Shown one piece after another: positions 26,358-35,900 of a DNA stretch of 37,427 nt (position 1 is its first letter; every line of letters starts with the position of its first letter). The notes under the pieces are model-generated. The model did no database searches and was not told the DNA's origin. It saw only the letters and a list, made by a program, of their open reading frames with translations. Both the position numbers and the translations under genes were made by a program. This DNA is from Proteobacteria bacterium UBA1278 (GTDB lineage: Bacteria > Pseudomonadota > Gammaproteobacteria > Comchoanobacterales > Comchoanobacteraceae), in contig DBUY01000058.1 in the NCBI GenBank assembly GCA_002308435.1, positions 1 to 37,427 on the forward strand. The letters are read 5' to 3'.

Positions 26358-27041
26358 TTAGGAACATGCCAACATTAGCGTAAATTTTTCTGAGATATGC
26401 TGAGCGCTGTCAGCCAGATTACCAATACGCTCAAAAATTTTGTACATGAACATCACGTCTATTGGTGGCAACTTACTTTCCTCAACCATCAATAAATGTC
26501 TAAGCCTAACCTGCTGCTCATCATTTTCATGCTCCAAGTCATGAATACTCGCAGCCATTTGCGTGATGTCTTCCATACATGGTCCTTGAAACCCAGACTG
26601 CATAGCTAATTCCTGGCGGCTGACTATCTTACCAGCCGCTTCGCAAACTGACACAGCAGAAGCAACAAAAGAACGAATTTCACAATGAAGACCATCAGGA
26701 AAAATGAGCTGTCGACCCACTGTAATACCAGCTATATCCTCTGCCTGATTGGCAATTGCATCTTGCGATTTTACTAGTGACAAAACATCGTAACGCGAAA
26801 CTGGCAAAAAGAGCTCTCGATGTAACCGTTGGTTTGCTTGTTTCTGTAATTGATCTGCTACACTTTCCAATCGTGAAATCTCTCGCTGAAGTTCACGTGC
26901 CTGGTCCCATTGAGCATCAAGAACTGCTTGAAATAGATCATTCAGTAGGCGCGCGGATGCTATCGATGCCTGCATATGATCATGGATAGTTTTAAATGGT
27001 GACTCAGAAAAAACACCTAATAACGTACTTCGAATACCCAT
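26358..27041 (-). CDS. PhoU-like DUF47/UPF0111 (TIGR00153-type) protein
   Basis: LLGVFSESPFKTIHDHM...LFLPVSRYDVLSLVKSQDAIANQAEDIAG...GRQLIFP...PIDVMFMYKIFERIGNLAD is colinear with gammaproteobacterial UPF0111 proteins as I recall them. A GAGGGGG RBS precedes the start. Confidence 0.85.
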   Translation of the reverse strand: MGIRSTLLGVFSESPFKTIHDHMQASIASARLLNDLFQAVLDAQWDQARELQREISRLESVADQLQKQANQRLHRELFLPVSRYDVLSLVKSQDAIANQAEDIAGITVGRQLIFPDGLHCEIRSFVASAVSVCEAAGKIVSRQELAMQSGFQGPCMEDITQMAASIHDLEHENDEQQVRLRHLLMVEESKLPPIDVMFMYKIFERIGNLADSAQHISEKFTLMLACS

Positions 27042-27052
27042 ACATGCCCCCT

Positions 27053-27229
27053 CTACATCGTGACCATAAAAAAACCAACCAACAGTATCAGGAACAACGC
27101 CAGCAAACCCAGCGTAAACAAGGCACTTTGTAGTGCCTCAGAACGAAATAGCTCAGGCTGATGCCGTACTTTAAAGTAGAGTAAAACCCCAACCACCAAA
27201 GTCAGTAAAAAAACAACAAAACTATTCAA
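27053..27229 (-). CDS. Speculative small two-TM ORF (58 aa, TTG start overlapping the pyk stop)
   Basis: The reverse-strand frame reads (M)NSFVVFLLTLVVGVLLYFKVRHQPELFRSEALQSALFTLGLLALFLILLVGFFMVTM*. It fills the pyk-DUF47 gap exactly. It has no ATG start, no clear RBS and no recognised homology. Confidence 0.25.
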   Translation of the reverse strand: MNSFVVFLLTLVVGVLLYFKVRHQPELFRSEALQSALFTLGLLALFLILLVGFFMVTM

Positions 27230-28733
27230 CTCGATTCCCCGCCGTCAACTCATCATAATAAACAGATGCATCATGATCACAACCATATGACAAAACATCG
27301 GCAACTCGGCATACCTTCAAAGTACTTGTTGCGCGACTACCAGAGAGGTCATCTCCATGTGTCAACAAAAAGCAATCCTCATCATTCAATATACCTTGCT
27401 CGCGGAAAAACATCACGATTCGCGTCACCAGCTGTCGAGAAGAACCAATCTCGGACATATCGAATGGTAGAGGATAAACATCACGCAAAAAAGTCATTTT
27501 TGCTCGCGAACGAGGGAGTCGACTCAGCGCATAGATCGGAATACCTGACCGAACACGAGACATAATTCTAGGCGTCTGCCCCTGCTCTGTGACCGCCACA
27601 ACCGCCTTCACTGGCATCCGGTTAGCTAAGTACATGGCTGCATAAGCAATCGACCCTTGAGTATGATTGGCTACCATTTTGTCTTGATAGTCAGATTTCC
27701 TTGTCAAAGAATGTGCCTCAATACGGCGACATATCATCGCGACCTTTTCAACTACACCAACAGGATGATTACCCGTCGCAGTCTCGGCTGATAACATAAC
27801 GCAGTCAGCACCATCCAGTACAGCATTTGCCACATCAGATACTTCAGCTCGAGTCGGCGTTGCAGCCGTCACCATAGACTCCATCATCTGAGTTGCCACG
27901 ATAACTGGAGTTTCTTGAACACGACATAGCTTGATCATATGCTTTTGTAATACCGGCACTTCCTCTTCACCAACTTCAAGTGCCAAATCACCTCGTGCAA
28001 CCATGATAACATCTGAATGCATGACAATATCTTCAAGATGATCAACCGCCTCACGCCGCTCTATCTTAGAGATAATACCAATACTTGGATCGTGTGCATC
28101 AATCAGCTCACGAGCGCGCAATATATCATCTCCACATGCTGGAAAGGATAGCGCAATCATATCGACCCCTAAACTGCAAGCATAGTCCAAGTCAGTCAAA
28201 TCTTTATCAGTCAACATAGGTGCGCAAATACCACCACCCAAAACACTAATACCTTTACGATTTGACAGCACACCGCCAACGATAACCTCGCATACAAAGG
28301 CACTTTTAGACTGAGACTGAACCCGTAGTTTGATTCGACCATCATCCAACAAAAAGAAAAGCGACTCTCGGCCAGCAACATCACTCAGAAGCCCAGAATA
28401 ATCAAACCAAACACGCCCCTCAGTGCCACCGTGAGGATCACAGCCAAGGTCTAAAATAAACTCAGCGCCCGGATTCAATATAACAGAGCCATCAATAAAA
28501 TGACCGATACGAATTTTAGGTCCTTGTAAGTCAGCAAAAATTGCAATATCCCTACTCATTTCTGCTGAGACTTTACGCACTGTTCGTACACGTTGCGCAT
28601 GATCATCTAAGTGGCCATGCGAGAAATTTAAACGAACACAATTCACATGAGAGAGTAACTCAGCCAGAACGGATTCATCATCAGTCGCAGGGCCAAGCGT
28701 TGCCACAATTTTTGTGCGTCTTAAATCCATCAT
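27222..28733 (-). CDS. pyk: Pyruvate kinase
   Basis: RRTKIVATLGPAT...RLNFSHG...DLQGPKIR...MVARGDLALEV...VIVATQMMESM are canonical PK motifs. Its start overlaps the pgk stop (ATGA). Confidence 0.93.
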   Translation of the reverse strand: MMDLRRTKIVATLGPATDDESVLAELLSHVNCVRLNFSHGHLDDHAQRVRTVRKVSAEMSRDIAIFADLQGPKIRIGHFIDGSVILNPGAEFILDLGCDPHGGTEGRVWFDYSGLLSDVAGRESLFFLLDDGRIKLRVQSQSKSAFVCEVIVGGVLSNRKGISVLGGGICAPMLTDKDLTDLDYACSLGVDMIALSFPACGDDILRARELIDAHDPSIGIISKIERREAVDHLEDIVMHSDVIMVARGDLALEVGEEEVPVLQKHMIKLCRVQETPVIVATQMMESMVTAATPTRAEVSDVANAVLDGADCVMLSAETATGNHPVGVVEKVAMICRRIEAHSLTRKSDYQDKMVANHTQGSIAYAAMYLANRMPVKAVVAVTEQGQTPRIMSRVRSGIPIYALSRLPRSRAKMTFLRDVYPLPFDMSEIGSSRQLVTRIVMFFREQGILNDEDCFLLTHGDDLSGSRATSTLKVCRVADVLSYGCDHDASVYYDELTAGNRVE

Positions 28734-29938
28734 ACAGCCACCTTCATCAAGCTCATCACCTCTAATACCGGTGTTGTACCATGTGCCAAGTAGTACAGAA
28801 AAGCACCGCCACCTGTACTGACATGCGAAAAACTATTCACATTTAACATCTCCAAAACAGACAATGTATCACCGCCACCAACAAGCGTATATGCCTGAGC
28901 AGTAGACAACGTTGATGCTAAATGAGCGCTACCAGCAACACCCGTTCTATATTCATAAATACCCATCGGACCATTCCAATAAGTAGATGCTGCAGAACGA
29001 GCATGGGACTCAAAACGCGCACTCGTTTGCGGTCCAATATCCACAATCGCCTCATGTGGTAAAATATTATGTATGTCCACAGTACGCACATTACTGAACT
29101 GTTCAGTATCGGAAGAAACGACAACATCAACTGGTAGCACAAGGTCAACAGATTGCTGCTGCGCTAGAGCAGAAAAAGCTTGCGCTGACTGTAATCTATT
29201 ATACTCAACCCAAGAGGTTCCCGTCTGAAAACCTTTCGCGTGCAGTAATGTAGAGGCAATACCACCGCCAAAACAGATCATATCAACTCTCTCGAGCAAC
29301 TTTTCCAAGAGAGGTAGTTTTGTTGATAGCTTTTTTCCTCCAACATAAGCGACGCGTGGCGATGATGTCTTCAAAAAAGACTCTATACCTGACAGCTCTT
29401 GAGTGTGTGTAGGTCCCAAGCAACATTGTTTAGCCGCTTCGAGTATACCAACAGTAGAGGCATGCCGACGGTGAGCACAGGCAAATGCCTCCATCACAAC
29501 ACAGTCTACACCGTCGACCATTTGTTGAGCAAGTACCGCATCATTTTCAAGCTCGCCAACGAGAAACCGGGTGTTTTCGGCAAGTGCAACCGTACCAGGT
29601 GCTAGAAAAGTCTTTTGATATGGCCATTGTGATAAGAATGCAACTGGCCGCGATAAGCTCGCTTCGAGCGGAGCACATAGCGTAGACAACGAGTAATTTT
29701 CATCAAATACACCAGATCGAGGACGACCTAGGTGCGAAACTAAGATCACACTGTGCTGCATTGCCAGGAGATCCTTGACCACAGGAATCATACGAAATAA
29801 TCGATCGTTTAATAACCATTTCCCATCAGAATCACGGGACAAATTAAAATCCACACGTAGTAATACCGTACTCCCTGGCGATAATCGCTTACAAACGGTA
29901 TCAAAGTCATTTTTTTGGGTTGGAACGACATCATTCAT
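28730..29938 (-). CDS. pgk: Phosphoglycerate kinase
   Basis: VLLRVDFN...VSHLGRP...WNGPMG(I)YE...STGGGAFL are PGK signatures. It overlaps the gap stop by 8 nt. Confidence 0.95.
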   Translation of the reverse strand: MNDVVPTQKNDFDTVCKRLSPGSTVLLRVDFNLSRDSDGKWLLNDRLFRMIPVVKDLLAMQHSVILVSHLGRPRSGVFDENYSLSTLCAPLEASLSRPVAFLSQWPYQKTFLAPGTVALAENTRFLVGELENDAVLAQQMVDGVDCVVMEAFACAHRRHASTVGILEAAKQCCLGPTHTQELSGIESFLKTSSPRVAYVGGKKLSTKLPLLEKLLERVDMICFGGGIASTLLHAKGFQTGTSWVEYNRLQSAQAFSALAQQQSVDLVLPVDVVVSSDTEQFSNVRTVDIHNILPHEAIVDIGPQTSARFESHARSAASTYWNGPMGIYEYRTGVAGSAHLASTLSTAQAYTLVGGGDTLSVLEMLNVNSFSHVSTGGGAFLYYLAHGTTPVLEVMSLMKVAV

Positions 29939-30998
29939 GAGACAAACTTACCGGTGCAGCGCAAGAGCCAGCCAGCTGCTGCGCCATGATGTTAGCCATA
30001 TCCAACATCCGAGTGGCATAGCCCCATTCGTTATCGTACCAGGCAACCACTCTAACTACTCGACCATTGATCTGCAACTGCGTAAGATCGATCACAGCAG
30101 AGCTCATGTTTTGATTAAAGTCACAAGATACTAGGGGCTCCTTGTTGACTGTTACATAGGGTGATGAAGCTACTGAAGATTCTATATGCTGGCACACCTG
30201 CTCTTTAGAAACCGCTTCAGGAAAATATATGACCATATCCAATAATGACACATTGGCAGTGGGCACACGTAATGCATAACCTTCAACTTTACCGTGTAAT
30301 TCTGGCATCACTTGAGCAATCGCCTTTGCGGCACCAGTCCGCGTAGGAACAACCGATAATTGAGCCGCGCGTGCACGCCGCAAATCACTATGGTGGGAAT
30401 CCACTAGCGACTGGTCTTTTGTATAGGCATGTACAGTGGTGAAAAAACAGCTCTCAATCGGTTGTAACTTTTTCATAATAGACAATACTGGCGCCAAGGC
30501 GTTAGTCGTACAAGAACCAATTGAAATCAAACGATGATCATCGTGGTATACATCAGCATTTGCACCTAAAACCACAGTTGCATCTAGATCCCCTTTAGCT
30601 GGCGCAGATAAAATCACACGCTGAGCACCCGCATCAATATGCTGCTGCATCCCAGCACGATCTTTGAAACGTCCTGTGCACTCTAACACACAATCCACCC
30701 CCATTACTTGCCAAGGCAGTTGTGCTGGTTCACGCGAAGCGCAAAGCTGTATAGCACGATCAGCCACGCGCAGACTATTAGTGGCACCATCATAATTGAT
30801 GTCCATTGGGAAGGTGCCGTGCACACTATCATAGCGTAACAAATGCGTCAGCGTAGAGAAGTCATGCGGGTCATTCATCGCAACCAAACGACAGTGTGAA
30901 AAACGCTCGATATTCTGATGATATATGCGAAAGATGGCTCTTCCGATACGCCCAGCTCCACTGATAGCAAGATTCATTTTGGGTGCATTATTATTCAT
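29931..30998 (-). CDS. gap: Glyceraldehyde-3-phosphate dehydrogenase, type I
   Basis: It has the motifs ISGAGRIGR, the catalytic SCTTNALAP, and WYDNEWGY. An alternative start is ATG 30975-30977 (MNLAISGAG). Confidence 0.93.
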   Translation of the reverse strand: MNNNAPKMNLAISGAGRIGRAIFRIYHQNIERFSHCRLVAMNDPHDFSTLTHLLRYDSVHGTFPMDINYDGATNSLRVADRAIQLCASREPAQLPWQVMGVDCVLECTGRFKDRAGMQQHIDAGAQRVILSAPAKGDLDATVVLGANADVYHDDHRLISIGSCTTNALAPVLSIMKKLQPIESCFFTTVHAYTKDQSLVDSHHSDLRRARAAQLSVVPTRTGAAKAIAQVMPELHGKVEGYALRVPTANVSLLDMVIYFPEAVSKEQVCQHIESSVASSPYVTVNKEPLVSCDFNQNMSSAVIDLTQLQINGRVVRVVAWYDNEWGYATRMLDMANIMAQQLAGSCAAPVSLSHE

Positions 30999-31149
30999 AT
31001 TGGACTACTACAGGAAAGAAAATCATACAACACAATGTAACATTGTTTCGAGGGAAAGTTAAGAGATGAACGCAACAATCAGGGACGCAAAGCAAAAAAT
31101 TCAACGGCATGAAAATCGTTCAGTCATGCACACGAAAGCAACCGTTAAA

Positions 31150-33192
31150 TCAGGTAGCCGCTACACATTGTTGATGTAATAATCGAGCTTGATCTACTAC
31201 CGCTTCCACTGAAAAGCCACATGCACGGTAGACTTGTTGCCCGGGACCAGACTGCCCAAATTCATCAATACCAAAGACCGCACCAATTCGATTCTGTATG
31301 AGTTGATACCATGCCGAACTTGATCCCGCCTCTATGACCAGACGAAATCCTGACTCAGGTAAAATTGCAGATCGATAACCTTCGGGTGCACGTTGAAAAC
31401 GCTCCCAACAAACCAAACTCACCACGGCTACCTGAATACCTTCATCAACCAATTGCATTTGAACTTCATAAGCCAACCTCACTTCTGAGCCAGTTGCAAT
31501 CAAAACACCATCGCAGGCATTACCATGTGAATCAAGTCGACTCGCCCCATATTGGACGTGCCATTGAAAATCACCACGAGAAAACATCGCCAATTTTTGT
31601 CGCGTCAATATCAGACAGCTGGGTCCATCATGACGACTCAACGCTTCTTTCCAAGCAATAGCCGTTTCAGTTGTATCTGCAGGTCGCCATACATCCAGTC
31701 CGGGTATGGATCGCAGATGAGCAAGCTGCTCAATCGGTTGATGCGTTGGACCATCTTCGCCGACGAACACAGAATCGTGGCTAAATATAAATATAACCGG
31801 TAGTTTCATCAATGCCGCCATGCGTAGAGCATTAATACCATAGTCAGAGAAGACCAAAAACGTGCTAACAAAGGGCCTCAAGCCACAACAACTGGCCATC
31901 CCGTTTGCCATTGCAAACATTGCAAACTCCCTGACGCCAAAGTGCAAAAACTGTTCTGGATCTGCATCCACGCGCCAAGTATGTGTCTTTGACAAGAGCA
32001 CACCAGTCGACTCCGCAAGATCAGCAGAGCCACCAATCAGATTGGGCATAGCATCAACCAAACGCTGCAAGCAAGCCTGAGAACTGTGCCGCGTTGCTTG
32101 TGGCGAAGACACTAACAACGTTTCATCTTCTAGCCATGAAGCCCACAACAGCTTCCATTCATCAGGAAGTGTGTGTGTCTTACCTAGAAAATCGATATCA
32201 CGAAAATAAGCATGCCAAACTGGATCCTTAATGGATTCCACGCGCGCTTTCCATTGACTTTTCTGGGGTGTGAGCTGTTCAGATTGCCAAGCCGAATAAA
32301 TATCATCCGAAAGTGTAAAGTCAGGAAGAGTCCATTCTATAGATTGTTTAAAATCAGAGAATCGCTGAGCCCCAAGCGGTTTACCATGAACTGTAGCCGT
32401 TCCGGCCCATTCAGTACCTCGTCCAATTTGTGTTTTGAAAGCAATCAAACTAGGCTGGGCATCGCACGCTTTTGCCTCGCGGAGTGCAACATCAATCGCG
32501 TCTGGGTCGTGTCCATCGACGTCCTCAATAACTTGCCAACCATATGATTTAAAGCGATCGACCACTGAACATTCAGCCCATTGATCAATACAGCCATCAA
32601 TGGATATCTGATTATCATCCCAACAAACAATCAGTTTACCAAGACCAAAGCGCCCTGCTAACGCAGATGCCTCATGTGATATACCCTCCATCAAGCAGCC
32701 ATCACCTACCGCTGCGTAAGTATGGAAGCCAATCGCATGATCTCCGTCAGACGTCTCTGTTTTTGAGTGCAGAAAACGCTCTGCCATCGCAATGCCAACC
32801 GCATTTGCCAAACCTTGCCCCAACGGACCAGTTGTCACATCGATGCCCAAACGAGCATCACGCTCAGGATGACCGGGCGTTTTACTGCCATACTGCCGAA
32901 AAAGACGAAGGTCATCCATCGATAATTCAAACCCAGCACAATGCAAGATAGCATAATACAAAGCAGACGCATGGCCATTAGATAGCACAAATCGATCGCG
33001 ATTTGACCAAGTGGGTAACGTTACGTCGTAACGCATATGCTGGCGCCATAATACCGTTAAAACATCAGAAAAACCAAGAACAACACCCGGATGACCAGAC
33101 TGAGCCTGCTCAATAGCGGCTAGACCCAAGACTCGAACAGCATTCGCGCAAATGTTGTGTTGATTTGTTGTTCTTGTGCGGTCATCATTCAT
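31150..33192 (-). CDS. tkt: Transketolase
   Basis: SGHPGVVLG...LSNGHAS.LYY...GPLGQG...GDGCLMEGISHEA...GEDGPTHQPIEQL are TPP-binding and transketolase motifs. Confidence 0.95.
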   Translation of the reverse strand: MNDDRTRTTNQHNICANAVRVLGLAAIEQAQSGHPGVVLGFSDVLTVLWRQHMRYDVTLPTWSNRDRFVLSNGHASALYYAILHCAGFELSMDDLRLFRQYGSKTPGHPERDARLGIDVTTGPLGQGLANAVGIAMAERFLHSKTETSDGDHAIGFHTYAAVGDGCLMEGISHEASALAGRFGLGKLIVCWDDNQISIDGCIDQWAECSVVDRFKSYGWQVIEDVDGHDPDAIDVALREAKACDAQPSLIAFKTQIGRGTEWAGTATVHGKPLGAQRFSDFKQSIEWTLPDFTLSDDIYSAWQSEQLTPQKSQWKARVESIKDPVWHAYFRDIDFLGKTHTLPDEWKLLWASWLEDETLLVSSPQATRHSSQACLQRLVDAMPNLIGGSADLAESTGVLLSKTHTWRVDADPEQFLHFGVREFAMFAMANGMASCCGLRPFVSTFLVFSDYGINALRMAALMKLPVIFIFSHDSVFVGEDGPTHQPIEQLAHLRSIPGLDVWRPADTTETAIAWKEALSRHDGPSCLILTRQKLAMFSRGDFQWHVQYGASRLDSHGNACDGVLIATGSEVRLAYEVQMQLVDEGIQVAVVSLVCWERFQRAPEGYRSAILPESGFRLVIEAGSSSAWYQLIQNRIGAVFGIDEFGQSGPGQQVYRACGFSVEAVVDQARLLHQQCVAAT

Positions 33193-33239
33193 ATCACAAT
33201 GTTAGCAAGCATCGCATGCATACTCAACTCTAAAATGCA

Positions 33240-35897
33240 TTAGTCAGCGACCATTTGACCCCAGCGATCACCAACAGCATGATTAACAACAAGCGGGACA
33301 TCCAACTTGAGCACACTCGTCATTGCCTCTCTGATACGAGGAAGGAAGCGGTCAACCATTTCAGATTTGACTTCGAATATTAGCTCATCATGGACTTGAA
33401 TAATTAAGTATGCATCATCACCGAATGAGGACAGTTCATCAGCAACACGAATCATCGCGCATTTAATCAACTCAGCAGCAGTCCCCTGCATTGGCGCATT
33501 GATCGCTGCTCGCTCCGCCGCCTTTCGTATGCTAACCTTTTGATGCTTGATATCGGGCAAGTAAATTTTTCGACCCAGCACTGTTCGCACATATCCGTCT
33601 TTGATCGCCTGTGCACGTATCTCCGCCATGTATGACCGTACCTGCGGATAACGATCAAAATAACGATCAATATAAGCCTGGGCGGTTGATCGATCTAAAT
33701 CGAGCTGTTTCGCCAAACCAAATGCACTCATACCATATATCAAGCCAAAATTAATCACCTTAGCTATCCGCCGCTCATTAGGCCCAACCTCGTCAGTCGA
33801 CATAGAAAAAATCTCAGCGGCTGTCGAATCATGAACGTCAGCCCCCACCATAAAAGCCTCGACCAATGCGGGGTCTTTTGAAATATGTGCCATGATGCGT
33901 AGTTCAATTTGAGAGTAATCAAATGAGACTAGACGATACCCAGATGGCGCAATGAAACCTGTTCTAACCGCTCGTCCAGCTTCTGAACGTATGGGAATAT
34001 TCTGCAAATTCGGATTCTGACACGATAAACGTCCAGTTGCAGTCGTCGTTTGTTGAAATGAACAATGGACGCGACCATGTTTTGCCAGCGCCGGTAATGC
34101 ATCTACATAGGTTGACTTGAGCTTTGACACACTACGAAGCTCTAAAATCACTCGCGGCAACTCAAAAGTATTACCCAGTGCCATCAACACGGACTCAGAT
34201 GTTGAGGGATCCCCTTTTGGCGTTTTTTCAATCACTGGTAATCCCAGATGATCATAGAGAATCGTCTGAAGTTGCTTCACCGATGCTGGATTAAATGACT
34301 GCCCCGCTAGTTGATGAGCAGACTCTGTCAAGCGCTGAATTGTCTTCGCCATTTCATCAGACTGTGTACTGAATAACGCTACATCAATACAAACACCACG
34401 TGTCTCCATGGCTGCTAAAATCCGAGTGAGCGGCGCATCTATCTCATCGTAAAGGCGATAAGCCTCAGCATCTAAGTCACGCATCACCTGCCACAGATTA
34501 CGCTGAGCTGCTGCCTCATCTGACAACAATGCGCCCAACTGATCTCGCGTAATTACGCTCAAAGGTAAACGCTTTGCCCCCTTTCCCAAGACATCATCCC
34601 GACTTGGCAAACTATCGCCCAGATAGGCCGCGACTAAATCAGAAAGCGAGAGCCGCGATGGCCCCTTGATAGCATAGGCCAAAACCGTTAAATCATGAAA
34701 ACAATGAGTTAATTCAAACCCCTGAGTCAACAACTGTTTATAGATGGGCTTTGTTTCAATGAGCACAACTTGCGTAGCTTGAAGAATTGTCTCTCGTAAA
34801 ACATCAAGCACGTCGGGCCATGGACAAAAAACATCGACTCCCTGCATAACTGAACATGGCACCACAAAAGACCCACTCGCATCACACACACCAACAGCAA
34901 TAACCGAACCACTCACACCCGATTCAGTGGACAAAGGGTCTTCGTACAGTGACAACCCAACGATAGACTCCGGATCTATTCTTCGGCATCGATCCATGAG
35001 CGTCGATAAATGATCAATCCAGACAAATTCAGATGGCTTTTTCAAATCTGGTAGTGCTAATTCTTTGAGCCACGTTTTAAAACCAAGTTCTTTATAAGAA
35101 GCGCTGAGCACACTAGTATCTTCGGTTTGACGATTCAGCTGTTGCCAGTCAAAAGGCAAATCAAGCGTCTGACAGATCGTCACTAAACGCTGATACAGTG
35201 GCAAGTCGGGAATAGCTGCTTGAAAATATTCGCCCACTTTACCCTTAAGCTCAGTTGCATGATCAATAATAGATGCGAGGTCGCCATAAGTGGCTAACCA
35301 TTTAACTGCCGTCTTGGGGCCAACCTTCATCACTCCGGGTATGTTGTCAGAAGTATCTCCAATCAAAGCAAGATAATCGACAATCTGATGCGGATGAACA
35401 CCAAACTTTTGATAGACACCCCTTTCATCAAGCAGTTGGTCGCGCATCGTATCGAGCAAGATAATGTTCTCGCAAACCAACTGAGCAAAATCCTTATCTC
35501 CAGTACAAATGATCACCATCGCACCAGACTGAACATAAAGTCGAGCCAACGTTCCAATCACATCATCAGCCTCTTGTTCAGGCACAATACATAGAGGATA
35601 ACCCTTTGCCCGTATCAAGCGATGCAATGGTGCTATTTGCACCGACAGATCGTCGGGCATTTTCCCACGATTGGCTTTATATGCTGGGAAGATATCATGT
35701 CTAACAGTCGGCCCAGGCGGATCAAACACAACCACGATCTCTGCATCAGGATAGTCTTGGTCCAAACGACGCAGCATATTCATCACACCATACACTGCAC
35801 CAGATGGTACACCCTCAGGGTTTGTCAGCGGGGGTAACGCATGGAAAGCGCGAAACAAATACCCTGAACCGTCTACTAATACAACCTGCTTTTGCAC
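33240..35897 (-). CDS. polA: DNA polymerase I
   Basis: It has the 5' nuclease N-terminus (VLVDGSGYLFRAFHA), motif A (DYSQIELRIMAH), motif B (RRIAKVINFGLIYGMSAFGL) and motif C (QVHDELIFE). The start is GTG at 35895-35897, 3 nt after the trkH stop. Confidence 0.96.
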   Translation of the reverse strand: MQKQVVLVDGSGYLFRAFHALPPLTNPEGVPSGAVYGVMNMLRRLDQDYPDAEIVVVFDPPGPTVRHDIFPAYKANRGKMPDDLSVQIAPLHRLIRAKGYPLCIVPEQEADDVIGTLARLYVQSGAMVIICTGDKDFAQLVCENIILLDTMRDQLLDERGVYQKFGVHPHQIVDYLALIGDTSDNIPGVMKVGPKTAVKWLATYGDLASIIDHATELKGKVGEYFQAAIPDLPLYQRLVTICQTLDLPFDWQQLNRQTEDTSVLSASYKELGFKTWLKELALPDLKKPSEFVWIDHLSTLMDRCRRIDPESIVGLSLYEDPLSTESGVSGSVIAVGVCDASGSFVVPCSVMQGVDVFCPWPDVLDVLRETILQATQVVLIETKPIYKQLLTQGFELTHCFHDLTVLAYAIKGPSRLSLSDLVAAYLGDSLPSRDDVLGKGAKRLPLSVITRDQLGALLSDEAAAQRNLWQVMRDLDAEAYRLYDEIDAPLTRILAAMETRGVCIDVALFSTQSDEMAKTIQRLTESAHQLAGQSFNPASVKQLQTILYDHLGLPVIEKTPKGDPSTSESVLMALGNTFELPRVILELRSVSKLKSTYVDALPALAKHGRVHCSFQQTTTATGRLSCQNPNLQNIPIRSEAGRAVRTGFIAPSGYRLVSFDYSQIELRIMAHISKDPALVEAFMVGADVHDSTAAEIFSMSTDEVGPNERRIAKVINFGLIYGMSAFGLAKQLDLDRSTAQAYIDRYFDRYPQVRSYMAEIRAQAIKDGYVRTVLGRKIYLPDIKHQKVSIRKAAERAAINAPMQGTAAELIKCAMIRVADELSSFGDDAYLIIQVHDELIFEVKSEMVDRFLPRIREAMTSVLKLDVPLVVNHAVGDRWGQMVAD

Positions 35898-35900
35898 AAG

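Noticed and set aside
26344-26362. 5-bp stem CCTAA...TTAGG spanning the ychF and DUF47 stop codons, as a possible bidirectional terminator
   Set aside because: The stem is too short, the loop is 9 nt, and there are no flanking T/A runs.
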